Part shown: positions 1 through 12,106 of the stretch, in pieces
Layout: every line of letters starts with the position of its first letter
Position numbering within the stretch: position 1 is the first letter of the stretch
Origin: Nemertoderma westbladi
Taxonomy: Eukaryota > Animalia > Xenacoelomorpha
DNA length: 42,156 nucleotides
Assembly: GCA_032718475.1 (NCBI GenBank)
Contig: JAUCBJ010008409.1
Location: 1-42,156, forward strand
Reading direction: 5' to 3'
The notes under the pieces: generated by a model
Seen by the model: only the letters and a program-made list of their open reading frames with translations
What the model was told of the DNA's origin: nothing
Database searches by the model: none
Program-made: the position numbers and the translations under genes

Positions 1-475
1 CCAATACAATGCTGTAATGTCTTCAAAAGTTGTAAAGTTGTAAATAACAACTCACTGTTAATACTAACGGCGTTGAGTAATGTTACAATTTTGGAATAAT
101 AATAATTAATAGATTTAATTACAGGTATTATTAGGTAATAGTCTTCTTCGAGGAATGTTATTTAATGATGAATATTATTGTTGCAATCAAAATTATACCT
201 CTCCAGGGAAAAATCGACATGCGTTGATATGTATTCTGTGTTTAGCATTACATATTGATAAATGAATTAAATTTCCTGGTTACTTGCAATATTTTCAATA
301 CGATTTTGTTGAATTATATAATATCGTAGTAATTTATATATAAATTTGGTTAACATTCAATACAGCTCCTACTTTAGGCTTAGTCAATTTATTATCTGAT
401 GATACAAACATGAATTAATTATTTCAAAATGGTATTAAAGTCTTACACCACGGGCACTAAGGGAAATGCCGGGGT

Positions 476-3224
476 TTGGGGGCGATAGCCCCCAAGAAAA
501 GAAGTGGGAAGTGGGGGTGTTGGGGACGATAGCCCCCAAGAAAAGAAGTGGGGGTGTTGGGGACGATAGCCCCCAAGAAAAGAAGTGGGGGTGTTGGCGA
601 CAATAGCCCCCAAAAAAAGAAGTGGGGGTGTTGGGGACGATAGCCCCCAAGAAAAGAAGTGGGGGTGTTGGGGACGATATCCCCCAAGAAAAGAAGTGGG
701 GGTGTTGGGGACGATAGCCCCCAAGAAATGAAGTGGGGGTGTTGGGGACGATAGCCCCCAAGAAAAGAAGTGGGGGTGTTGGGGACGATAGCCCCCAAGA
801 AAAGAAGTGGGGGTGTTGGCGACGATAGCCCCCAAGAAAAGAAGTGGGGGTGTTGGGGACGATAGCCCCCAAGAAAAGAAGTGGGGGTGTTGGGGACGAT
901 AGCCCCCAAGAAAAGAAGTGGGGGTGTTGGGGACGATAGCCCCCAAGAAAAGAAGTGGGGGTGTTGGGGACGATAGCCCCCAAGAAAAGAAGTGGGGGTG
1001 TTGGCGACGATAGCCCCCAAGAAAAGAAGTGGGGGTGTTGGGGACGATAGCCCCCAAGAAAAGAAGTGGGGGTGTTGGGGACGATATCCCCCAAGAAAAG
1101 AAGTGGGGGTGTTGGGGACGATAGCCCCCAAGAAAAGAAGTGGGGGTGTTGGGGACGATAGCCCACAAGAATAGAAGTGGGGGTGTTGGCGACGATAGCC
1201 CCCAAGAAAAAAGTGGGGGTGTTGGGGACGATAGCCCCCAAGAGAAGAAAGGGGGGTGTTGGGGACGATAGCCCCCAAGAAAATAAGTGGGGGTGTTGGC
1301 GACGATAGCCCCCAAGAAAAGAAGTCGGAGTGTTGGGGACGATAGCCCCCAAGAAAAGAAGTGGGGGTGTTGGGGACGATAGCCCCCAAGAAAAGAAGTG
1401 GGGGTGTTGGCGACGATAGCCCCCAAGAAAAGAAGTGGGGGTGTTGGGGACGATAGCCCCCAAGAAAATAAGTGGGGGTGTTGGGGACGATTGCCCCCAA
1501 GAAAAGAAGTGGGGGTGTTGGCGACGATAGCCCCCAAGAAATGAAGTGGGGGTGTTGGGGACGATAGCCCCCAAGAATAGAAGTGGGGGTGTTGGGGACG
1601 ATAGCCCCCAAGAAAAGAAGTGGGGGTGTTGGGGACGATAGCCCCCAAGAAAAGAAGTGGGGGTGTTTGGGACGATAGCCCACAAGAAAAGAAGTGGAGG
1701 TGTTGGGGACGATAGCCCCCAAGAAAAGAAGTGGGGGTGTTGGGGACGATAGCCCCCAAGAAAAGAAGTGGGGGTGTTGGGGACGATAGCCCCCAAGAAA
1801 ATAAGTGGGGGTGTTGGGGACGATATCCCCCAAGAAAAGAAGTGGGGGTGTTGGGGACGATAGCCCCCAAGAAAAGAAGTGGGGGTGTTTGGGACGATAG
1901 CCCGCAAGAAAAGAAGTGGAGGTGTTGGGGGCGATAGCCCCCAAGAAAAGAAGTGGGGGTGTTGGGGACGATAGCCCCCAAGAAAAGAAGTGGGGGTGTT
2001 GGGGACGATAGCCCCCAAGAAAATAAGTGGGGGTGTTGGGGACGATAGCCCCCAAGAAAAGAAGTGGGGGTGTTGGGAACGATAGCCCCCAAGAAAAGAA
2101 GTGGGGGTGTTGGGGACGATAGCCCCCAAGAAAAGAAGTGGGGGTGTTTGGGACGATAGCCCACAAGAAAAGAAGTGGAGGTGTTGGGGACGATAGCCCC
2201 CAAGAAAAGAAGTGGGGGTGTTGGGGACGATAGCCCCCAAGAAAAGAAGTGGGGGTGTTGGGGACGATAGCCCCCAAGAAAAGAAGTGGGGGTGTTGGGG
2301 ACGATAGCCCCCAAGAAAAGAAGTGGAGGTGTTGGGGACGATAGCCCCCAAGAAAAGAAGTGGGGGTGTTGGGGACGATAGCCCCCAAGAAAAGAAGTGG
2401 GGGTGTTGGGGACGATAGCCCCCAAGAAAAGAAGTGGGGGTGTTGGGGACGATATCCCCCAAGAAAAGAAGTGGGGGTGTTGGGGACGATAGCCCCCAAG
2501 AAATGAAGTGGGGGTGTTGGGGACGATAGCCCCCAAGAAAAGAAGTGGGGGTGTTGGCGACGATAGCCCCCAAGAAAAGAAGTTGGGGTGTTGGGGACGA
2601 TATCCCCCAAGAAAAGAAGTGGGAGTGTTGGGGACGATAGCCCCCGAGAAAAGAAGTGGGGGTGTTGGGGACGATAGAGCACAAGAAAAAAAGTGGGGGT
2701 GTTGGGAACGATAGCCCCCGGCAAGAAAAGAAGTGGGGGTGTTGGGGACGATAGCCCCCAAGAAAAGAAGTGGGGGTGTTGGGGATGATAGCCCCCAAGA
2801 AAAGAAGTGGGGTGTTGGGGACGATAGCCCCCAAGAAAAGAAGTGGGGGTGTTGGGGACGATAGCCTCCAAGAAAAGAAGTGGGGGTGTTGGGAACGATA
2901 GCCCCCAAGAAAAGAAGTGGGGGTGTTGGGGACGATAGCCCCCAAGAAAAGAAGTGGGGGTGTTGGGGACGATATCCCCCAAGAAAAGAAGTGGGGGTGT
3001 TGGGGACGATAGCCCCCAAGAAATGAAGTGGGGGTGTTGGGGACGATAGCCCCCAAGAAAAGAAGTGGGGGTGTTGGCGACGATAGCCCCCAAGAAAAGA
3101 AGTGGGGGTGTTGGGGACGATAGCCCCCAAGAAAAGAAGTTGGGGTGTTGGGGACGATATCCCCCAAGAAAAGAAGTGGGGGTGTTGGGGACGATAGCCC
3201 CCAAGAAAAGAAGTGGGGGTGTTG
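476..3224. repeat. 37-bp G-rich satellite, array 1a (about 74 units)
   Basis: Tandem unit GGGGACGATAGCCCCCAAGAAAAGAAGTGGGGGTGTT. The first unit has a perfect hairpin TTGGGGGC-GATA-GCCCCCAA (476-495). Confidence 0.97.
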
Positions 3225-4360
3225 ATTCAGTCTCTCGCTCACGTATGTTCAGCATACTTTCATTATATGGGATTCCTGATGAAATTATTGCAGCAATCAG
3301 ATCAGTATACGATGGTTCGACAACATTTGTGTCTACTGTTGACGGTGACACAGAACCATTTGAAGTGTTATGGGGCGTCCTCCAAGGAGACACACTTGCA
3401 CCATTCTTGTTCATTATTGTGGTTGACTATGTTCTACGCATGTCCTTAGATCATCATAATGATGATGGGGTGATGATAACTCCACCTACTGGCTCCAGAA
3501 GTCGAGGAAATCCTGCCAAGTACCTAACTGATCTAGACTTTGCTGATGACTTAGGAGTACTCTCAGAATCATTAGAGGGAGCCCAGCGGCTCCTCAGCTC
3601 ATTAGAACATGCTGCTTCTAGTGTTGGTCTTTTTATTAACTCCAGAAAGACCAAAATTCTGACAGTTAACTTTGAAAGTCCTCAGCAAGTCTCTGATCGG
3701 ATGAGCATAAGCTCAAAGGATGGTATGCTTGAGCATGTGGACGACTTCTGTTACCTGGGATCATGGATCCGGAAGTCAGGTGAGGACCTTCGAATACGTA
3801 AGGGAAAGGCATGGGCAGCCTTGAATAGGCTTTCCAGGATTTGGAAGTCACCTAGAATTAATCGGAAACTCAAGGTCCGATTATTTAGAGCAGCAGTAGT
3901 TCCAGTACTCCTCTACGGGAGTCCATGCTGGGCTCTAACTGCTGAGGACACCAAATCTCTGGATGGCACATTCACAAGAATGCTACGCCGGGTACATTGT
4001 GTCAAGTACAATGCACACATCTCCAACCAGACACTATATAACATTGGAGGTGTCTCATTGGTTCCCCCAAGCTTGACACTAGAACATAATCGCCTCCGCT
4101 TTGCAGGACATTGCTTTCGCCGTGAGGACCAGCCAGTGCATAATCTTGTACTTTGGCAGCCTCATGGAGTAAATAAGCATGGTGGACAGCCCATGACTTT
4201 CTTGAGACGCATCTTAAAGGACACTGGCCTTAAAGATGCGGATGATCTAGCAAATGTCATGGGTGATAGGGAGTTGTGGCGGTGCAATTTTGTTGACAAG
4301 CCGGCACAGCATTCTTAAAAATGCAGCTGCAATGCAGCATGCCGATCCTAGTAGTAGTAG
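3222..4360 (+). mobile_element. 5'-truncated RTE-clade non-LTR retrotransposon (LINE), copy 1
   Basis: RT motifs GVLQGDTLAPFLF, DLDFADD and FCYLGS, with an RTE-like C-terminus (LLYGSPCW, RLRFAGH). About 30-nt 3'UTR, then a (TAG)4 tail at 4349-4360. About 99% identical to the copy at 9766-11178. Confidence 0.92.
3224..4318 (+). pseudogene. Reverse transcriptase ORF fragment of LINE copy 1 (starts inside the RT domain, no endonuclease)
   Basis: Open from DSVSRSRM to TAA at 4316-4318. The upstream part of ORF 3065-4318 is satellite sequence with a GTG pseudo-start. Confidence 0.88.
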
Positions 4361-7300
4361 GGGACGATATCCCCTAAGAAAAGAAGTGGGGGTGTTGGGG
4401 ACGATAGCCCCCAAGAAAATAAGTGGGGGTGTTGGGGACGATAGCCCACAAGAAAAGAAGTGGGGGTGTTGGGGACGATAGCCCCCAAGAAAAGAAGTGG
4501 GGGTGTTGGGGACGATAGCCCCCAAGAAAAGAAGTGGGGGTGTTGGGGACGATAGCCCCCAAGAAAAGAAGTGGGGGTGTTGGGGACGATAGCCCACAAG
4601 AAAAGAAGTGGGGGTGTTGGGGACAATAGCCCCCAAGAAAATAAGTGGGGGTGTTGGGGACGATAGCCCCCAAGAAAAGAAGTGGGGGTGTTGGGGACGA
4701 TAGCCCCCAAGAAAAGAAGTGGGGGTGTTGGGGACGATAGCCCCCAAGAAAAGAAGTGGGGGTGTTGGCGACGATAGCCCCCAAGAAAAGAAGTGGGGGT
4801 GGTGGGGACGATAGCCCCCAAGAAAATAAGTGGGGGTGTTGGGGACGATTGCCCCCAAGAAAAGAAGTGGGGGTGTTGGGGACGATAGCCCCCAAGAAAA
4901 GAAGTGGGGGTGTTGGGGACGATAGCCCCCAAGAAAAGAAGTGGGGGTGTTGGGGACGATAGCTCCCAAGAAAAGAAGTGGGGGTGTTGGGGACGATAGC
5001 CCCCAAGAAAAGAAGTGGGGGTGTTGGGGACGATAGCCCCCAAGAAAAGAAATGGGGGTGTTGGCGACGATAGCCCCCAAGAAAAGAAGTGGGGGTGTTG
5101 GGGACGATAGCCCCCAAGAAAAGAAGTGGGGGTGTTGGGGACGATAGCCCCCAAGAAAAGAAGTGGAGGTGTTGGCGACGATAGCCCCCAAGAAAAGAAG
5201 TGGGGGTGTTGGCGACGATAGCCCCCAAGAAAAGAAGTGGGGGTGTTGGGGACGATAGACCCCAAGAAAAGAAGTGGGGGTGTTGGCGACGATATCCCCC
5301 AAGAAAAGAAGTGGGGGTTATGGGGACGATAAAAAAAGAAGTGGGGGTGTTGGGGACGATTGCCCCCAAGAAAAGAAGTGGGGGTGTTGGGGACGATAGT
5401 CCCCAAGAAAAGAAGTGGGGGTGTTGGCGACGATAGCCCCCAAGAAAAGAAGTGGGGGTGTTGGGGACGATATCCCCCAAGAAAAGAAGTGGGGTTGTTG
5501 GGGACGATAGCCCCCAAGAAAAGAAGTGGGGGTGTTGGGGACAATAGCCCCCAAGAAAAGAAGTGGGGGTGTTGGGGACGATAGCCCCCAAGAAAAGAAT
5601 TGGGGGTGTTGGGGACGATAGCCCCCAAGAAAAGAAGTGGGGGTGTTGGGGACGATAGCCCCCAAGAAAAGAAGTGGGGGTGTTGGGGACGATAGCCCCC
5701 AAGAAAATAAGTGGGGGTGTTGGGGACGATAGCCCCCAAGAAAATAAGTGGGGGTGTTGGGGACGATAACCCCCAAGAAAAGAAGTGGGTGTGTTGGGGA
5801 CAATAGCCCCCAAGAAAAGAAGTGGGGGTGTTGGCGACGATAGCCCCCAAGAAAAGAAGTGGGGGTGTTGGGGACGATAGCCCCCAAGAAAAGAAGTGGG
5901 GGTGTTGGGGACGATAGCCCCCAAGAAAAGAAGTGGGGGTGTTGGGGACGATAGCCCCCAAGAAAAGAAGTGGGGGTGTTGGGGACGATAGCCCCCAAGA
6001 AAAGAAGTGGGGGTGTTGGGGACGATAGCCCACAAGAAAAGAAGTGGGGGTGTTGGGGACAATAGCCCCCAAGAAAATAAGTGGGGGTGTTGGGGACGAT
6101 AGCCCCCAAGAAAAGAAGTGGGGGTGTTGGGGACGATAGCCCCCAAGAAAAGAAGTGGGGGTGTTGGGGACGATAGCCCCCAAGAAAAGAAGTGGGGGTG
6201 TTGGCGACGATAGCCCCCAAGAAAAGAAGTGGGGGTGGTGGGGACGATAGCCCCCAAGAAAATAAGTGGGGGTGTTGGGGACGATTGCCCCCAAGAAAAG
6301 AAGTGGGGGTGTTGGGGACGATAGCCCCCAAGAAAAGAAGTGGGGGTGTTGGGGACGATAGCCCCCAAGAAAAGAAGTGGGGGTGTTGGGGACGATAGCT
6401 CCCAAGAAAAGAAGTGGGGGTGTTGGGGACGATAGCCCCCAAGAAAAGAAGTGGGGGTGTTGGGGACGATAGCCCCCAAGAAAAGAAATGGGGGTGTTGG
6501 CGACGATAGCCCCCAAGAAAAGAAGTGGGGGTGTTGGGGACGATAGCCCCCAAGAAAAGAAGTGGGGGTGTTGGGGACGATAGCCCCCAAGAAAAGAAGT
6601 GGAGGTGTTGGCGACGATAGCCCCCAAGAAAAGAAGTGGGGGTGTTGGCGACGATAGCCCCCAAGAAAAGAAGTGGGGGTGTTGGGGACGATAGACCCCA
6701 AGAAAAGAAGTGGGGGTGTTGGCGACGATATCCCCCAAGAAAAGAAGTGGGGGTTATGGGGACGATAAAAAAAGAAGTGGGGGTGTTGGGGACGATTGCC
6801 CCCAAGAAAAGAAGTGGGGGTGTTGGGGACGATAGTCCCCAAGAAAAGAAGTGGGGGTGTTGGCGACGATAGCCCCCAAGAAAAGAAGTGGGGGTGTTGG
6901 GGACGATATCCCCCAAGAAAAGAAGTGGGGGTGTTGGGGACGATAGCCCCCAAGAAAAGAAGTGGGGGTGTTGGGGACAATAGCCCCCAAGAAAAGAAGT
7001 GAGGGTGTTGGGGACGATAGCCCCCAAGAAAAGAATTGGGGATGTTGGGGACGATAGCCCCCAAGAAAAGAAGTGGGGGTGTTGGGGACGATAGCCCCCA
7101 AGAAAAGAAGTGGGGGTGTTGGGGACGATAGCCCCCAAGAAAATAAGTGGGGGTGTTGGGGACGATAGCCCCCAAGAAAATAAGTGGGGGTGTTGGGGAC
7201 GATAACCCCCAAGAAAAGAAGTGGGTGTGTTGGGGACAATAGCCCCCAAGAAAAGAAGTGGGGGTGTTGGGGGGGACGATAGCCCACAAGAAAAGAAGTG

Positions 7301-7396
7301 GGGGTGTTGGGGACGATAGCCCCCAAGAAAAGAAGTGGGGGTGTTGGGGACGATAGCCCCCAAGAAAAGAAGTGGGGGTGTTGGGGATGATAGCCC
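4361..7396. repeat. 37-bp satellite, array 1b (about 82 units) with an internal 1436-bp duplication
   Basis: Same unit as array 1a. Diagnostic variants recur at an offset of 1436, e.g. the deleted unit TATGGGGACGATAAAAAAAGAAG near 5320 and 6756. Confidence 0.96.
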
Positions 7397-7874
7397 TTAT
7401 GTTATACTGTTACCCTTTACTCATAGCCATAGATCATTTTAGGCATATTGATTCTGAAAAAACGGAGAAGACCCTATAATAGTCAATGTGGTCCAGTCTG
7501 AATGAATACAAAGGTTTTCTTCACATAATGTTAATATTGGTGCTTTAACGTACTTGTAGCTCATTCACATTTGACTTAAGACATATATATGTGAAGTCAT
7601 TGCATTTTACTCATAGCCAGACATCTATCATATTAAAGTTATTAATCAAACGGCAAGCCGACTTCAGGGCGCGACAATGCATTTCGTGCACTGACTGAGA
7701 AATAAAGGAGTTTCTTTACGCCCGACTCTGTTTTATTATACAATCCAATTAATTTCTCCCACTAGGGGCATCATCAGGGAAATAAACTAAAAAAACAGAA
7801 ATACCGCACAAGGTATGTAAGATGAGGAAGACTTGTAAGTATGGCTTGGAGTATATTATATAAACCTAAAATGG
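7397..7874 (+). repeat. Unique-sequence right flank of the 37-bp satellite, copy A
   Basis: Near-identical to 21699-22180 (a few SNPs, one 4-bp indel). Both begin at the same satellite phase (TAGCCC|TTATGTTATAC). Confidence 0.93.
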
Positions 7875-8920
7875 TCAAAACAAGGCGAAATGCTTCTCTC
7901 TCTCAAATATGAAATTTTTAAACACTTTTGTAACGTACTGACTTGGCAATGCACTTAATAAATGAAATGCATTTAAATCTTATATCTCACAACTTTCCAT
8001 ATACATATGTCCTCAAATATTTGGTAATAGACATTATTTTTAGGTATTAGGGAACTTTAAACAAGAAAAGCATAAATTTATTTCAACATTCTCGAGACGT
8101 GAAAGAATGTAGTCTTACTTTGCATTGTTAGCAATACGCCATTTTATTCTTTTTATAAAATAAAATTGGCTACTTTTACTAAATTACTTTATTGCTTGAT
8201 ATTGTTGCTTGATCCTGTAATATAAAAATATGAACCGTTTATTATAATACCTTTTAAAACAAATAATATTTTATCCCTTATCATCCATCCCTAAGAAATT
8301 TCGTTCTAAAAAACTGCCTATTTCACCGCCCGTAAATATCCGCTATTTTTATGAAAATATTATGTTGCCTTTGTTTCACCTTCCTTCCATACATGTACAT
8401 ATGTAGGAATAAAGACCATTCTATCTTTATTCGTAAAATTTCGATGCTAAATATCACAAGAACGGATCAAAACACTTTGATAGTTGTATTCCACAGAAAG
8501 TTCATAAGCCTAGTTTCAATTTAGTAATACAAAGGTTTTCTTCACATGATATTATATTGACTTAATGCACATACATAAAGGTTGCATACAGAGCTCCGAA
8601 TGCCAATAAGCGCCCATGTGAATAATACCAGGTCCTACAAAGCCAGCTGGCTTTGCTTTGCATATATTCTATGCTTAATATGCATTCTAGAATATTGTAC
8701 TGCCATTCCGATTGGCTATTTTGGAAGCAGGCTGGAAATATATCTCTCACATACATAGTAAAGTTGCAGTTTTAGACGGATTTATTGTTCACTCAGAATT
8801 ATTGTAATTAATTTGGTAAGTAAGATCTTACCTAATGGTAAGAAGGTTGCAAGAGTTACTTTTTGCAAACCTGCAAGCATTGTTTATTAACACAATCCAA
8901 TGTATCTATATTTTTTCTAG

Positions 8921-9049
8921 TTTAACGAAGAAATTGACGACATAACGGATAATATTCCGTTGATATTGGGTGGCTCTGCTGCTCCTGATAAGCAACCGAT
9001 CTGCACAAGCGATCTTGATCTGCTCGATGAACCCACCGCTGATAAGGAG
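8921..9049 (+). CDS. Putative 129-nt phase-0 exon, copy 1 (FNEEIDDITDNIPLILGGSAAPDKQPICTSDLDLLDEPTADKE)
   Basis: Branch-like TTAAC, acceptor TTTTTTCTAG, 43 sense codons, donor GAG|GTAAAT. Preceded by ATG|GTAAGA and an 83-nt intron-like segment (8838-8920). Confidence 0.55.
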
Positions 9050-9765
9050 GTAAATTTACACACTTATATTATTTTGATGATAAATTTAAATATTTAGTTG
9101 ATGATTAATTGTGACATTTGTTTGTGTATGTCAGTCACAAAATTATTGCAATTATTAGCAGCTGCCACAACATTTTGGTATTAGTTTGTGGCTGTCACAA
9201 CATTACGACAATAATTGTTTGTGACTGTCACAACATTACGACAATAATTGTTTGTGGCTGTCACAACATTACGACAATAAATTTTTGAGGCTGTCACAAC
9301 ATTACTACAATTGTTTGTAGCTGTCACAAGATTGCGATAATTGTTTTTTGCTTTCACAACATTACGACAATAATTGTTTGTGGCTGTCACGAAATTACTA
9401 CAATTGTTTGTGGCTGTCACAAAATTACTACAATTGTTTGTGGCTGTCACAACATTACGACAATAATTGTTTGTGGCTGTCACAAAATTACTACAATTGT
9501 TTGTGGCTGTCACAACATTACGATAATAATTGTTTGTGGCTGTCACAACATTACGACAATAATTGTTTGTGGCTGTCACAACATTACTACAATTGTTTGT
9601 GGCTGTCACAAAATTACTACAATTGTTTGTGGCTGTCACAAAATTACTACAATTGTTTGTGGCTGTCACAACATTACGATAATAATTGTTTGTGGCTGTC
9701 ACAACATTACGACAATAATTGTTTGTAGCTGTCACAAGATTGCGATAATTGTTTTTTGCTTTCAC

Positions 9766-11178
9766 TACTACTACTAGGATCGGCATGCTGCATTGCAGCT
9801 GCATTTTTAAGAATGCTGTGCCGGCTTGTCAACAAAATTGCACCGCCACAACTCCCTATCACCCATGACATTTGCTAGATCATCGGCATCTTTAAGGCCA
9901 GTGTCCTTTAAGATGCGTCTCAAGAAAGTCATGGGCTGTCCACCATGCTTATTCACTCCATGAGGCTGCCAAAGTACAAGATTATGCACTGGCTGGTCCT
10001 CACGGCGAAAGCAATGTCCTGCAAAGCGGAGGCGATTTTGTTCTAGTGTCAAGCTTGGGGGAACCAATGAGACACCTCCAATGTTATATAGTGTCTGGTT
10101 GGAGATGTGTGCATTGTACTTGACACAATGTACCCGGCGTAGCATTCTTGTAAATGTGCCATCCAGAGATTTGGTGTCCTCAGCAGTTAGAGCCCAGCAT
10201 GGACTCCCGTAGAGGAGTACTGGAACTACTGCTGCTCTAAATAATCGAACCTTAAGTTTCCGATTAATTCTAGGTGACTTCCAAATCCTGGAAAGCCTAT
10301 TCAAGGCTGCCCATGCCTTTCCCTTACGTATTCGAAGGTCCTCACCTGACTTCCGGATCCATGATCCCAGGTAACAGAAGTCGTCCACATGCTCAAGCAT
10401 ACCATCCTTTGAGCTTATGCTCATCCGATCAGAGACTTGCTGAGGACTTTCAAAGTTAACTGTCAGAATTTTGGTCTTTCTGGAGTTAATAAAAAGACCA
10501 ACACTAGAAGCAGCATGTTCTAATGAGCTGAGGAGCCGCTGGGCTCCCTCTAATGATTCTGAGAGTATTCCTAAGTCGTCAGCAAAGTCTAGATCAGTTA
10601 GGTACTTGGCAGGATTTCCTCGACTTCTGGAGCCAGTAGGTGGAGTTATCATCACCCCATCATCATTATGATGATCTAAGGACATGCGTAGAACATAGTC
10701 AACCACAATAATGAACAAGAATGGTGCAAGTGTGTCTCCTTGGAGGACGCCACATAACACTTCAAATGGTTCTGTGTCACCGTCAACAGTAGACACAAAT
10801 GTTGTCGAACCATCGTATACTGATCTGATTGCTGCAATAATTTCATCAGGAATCCCATATAATGAAAGTATGCTGAACATACGTGAGCGAGAGACTGAAT
10901 CAAAGGCCTTGAAGAAGTCAACAAAGATAACAGCCAGATGCCTGTCTTTCTTTTTTGATAACTCTTCAATTATCCTTCTAAGTGCCAAAATGGGCTCCAT
11001 GGTCCCACGACCTTTACGGAACCCATTCTGATTTCCACGTAGCAGTCTCTCAATGGGATCCCTGATGCGATTTAATAGAATTCTATTGTATAGTTTTGCA
11101 GCAATCGAGATCAATGAGATTCCCCGAAAAGAACCATAGAGTGTTAGGTTGCCCTTCTTGGGAACTGGCACCAACTTG
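9766..11178 (-). mobile_element. 5'-truncated RTE-clade LINE, copy 2, with 10-11 bp target-site duplication
   Basis: (CTA)4 tail at 9765-9776. TSD TTTGCTTTCA(C) at 9755-9765 and 11179-11189. Matching empty-site satellite variants occur near 9343 and 13325. Confidence 0.94.
9807..11177 (-). pseudogene. Reverse transcriptase ORF fragment of LINE copy 2 (near-complete RT domain, no endonuclease)
   Basis: KLVPVPKKG, FRGISLIS, QNGFRKGR, FVDFFKAFDS, QGDTLAP, FADD and YLGS motifs; uninterrupted to the stop codon. Confidence 0.9.
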
Positions 11179-11977
11179 TTTGCTTTCACAACATTACGAC
11201 AATAATTGTTTGTGGCTGTAACAACATTACGACAATTGTTTGTGGCTGTCACAAAATTACGACAATTGTTTGTAGCTGTCACAACATTACGACAATTGTT
11301 TGTAGCTATCACAACATTCGGACAATTGTTTGTGGCTGTCACAGAATTACTACAATTGTTTGTGGCTGTCACAACATTACGACAATTGTTTGTAGTTGTC
11401 ACTACATTACGACAATTGTTTGTAGCTGTCACAACATTCATACAATTGTTTGTTGCTGTCACAACATTTGTACGATTGTTTGTGGCTGTCACAACATTAC
11501 GACAATTGTTTGTAGCTGTCACAACATTCGTACAATTGTTTGTGGCTGTCACAACATTACGACAATTGTTTGTGGCTGTCACAACATTGCGACAATTGTT
11601 TGTAGCTGACACAACATTACGACAATTGTTTGTTGCTGTCACAACATTACGACAATTGTTTGTGGCTGTAACAACATTGCGACAATTGTTTGTGGCTGTC
11701 ACAACATTACGACAATTGTTTGAGGCTGTCACAACCTTGCGACAATTGTTTATGACTGTCACAACATTAGGATATTTTTTGTGGCTGTCATAATATTGCG
11801 ACAATTGTTTGAGGCTGTCACAATATTGCGACAATCAATTGTTTTTGGCTGTCAAAACATTACGACAATTGTTTGTGGCTGTCACAACATTCGGACAATT
11901 GTTTGCAAGAGTTACTTTTTGCAAACCTGCAAGCATTGTTTTATTAACACAATCCAATGTATCTATATTTTTTCTAG

Positions 11978-12106
11978 TTTAACGAAGAAATTGACGACAT
12001 AACGGATAATATTCCGTTGATATTGGGTGGCTCTGCTGCTCCTGATAAGCAACCGATCTGCACAAGCGATCTTGATCTGCTCGATGAACCCACCGCTGAT
12101 AAGGAG
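11978..12106 (+). CDS. Putative 129-nt exon, copy 2
   Basis: Same as copy 1 with AG/GT intact. The upstream ATG|GT is replaced by satellite sequence. Confidence 0.5.

Noticed and set aside
3065-4318. Telomerase, retron or group II intron RT
   Set aside because: The motifs, 5' truncation, (TAG)n tail and the TSD of the sister copy fit a non-LTR RTE element.
435-7363. Very long minus-strand ORFs (up to 985 aa) of PQHPHFFSWGLSSPTPPLLFLGAIVPNTPTSFLGGYR repeats
   Set aside because: The 37-bp unit has no stop on that strand, so all three frames are open and give the same peptide. Most starts are not ATG.
426-7875. AAAATGGT at 426-433 and 7868-7875 as a TSD around the satellite cassette
   Set aside because: AAAATGG is also present at the end of the second flank copy, and the word is low-complexity.
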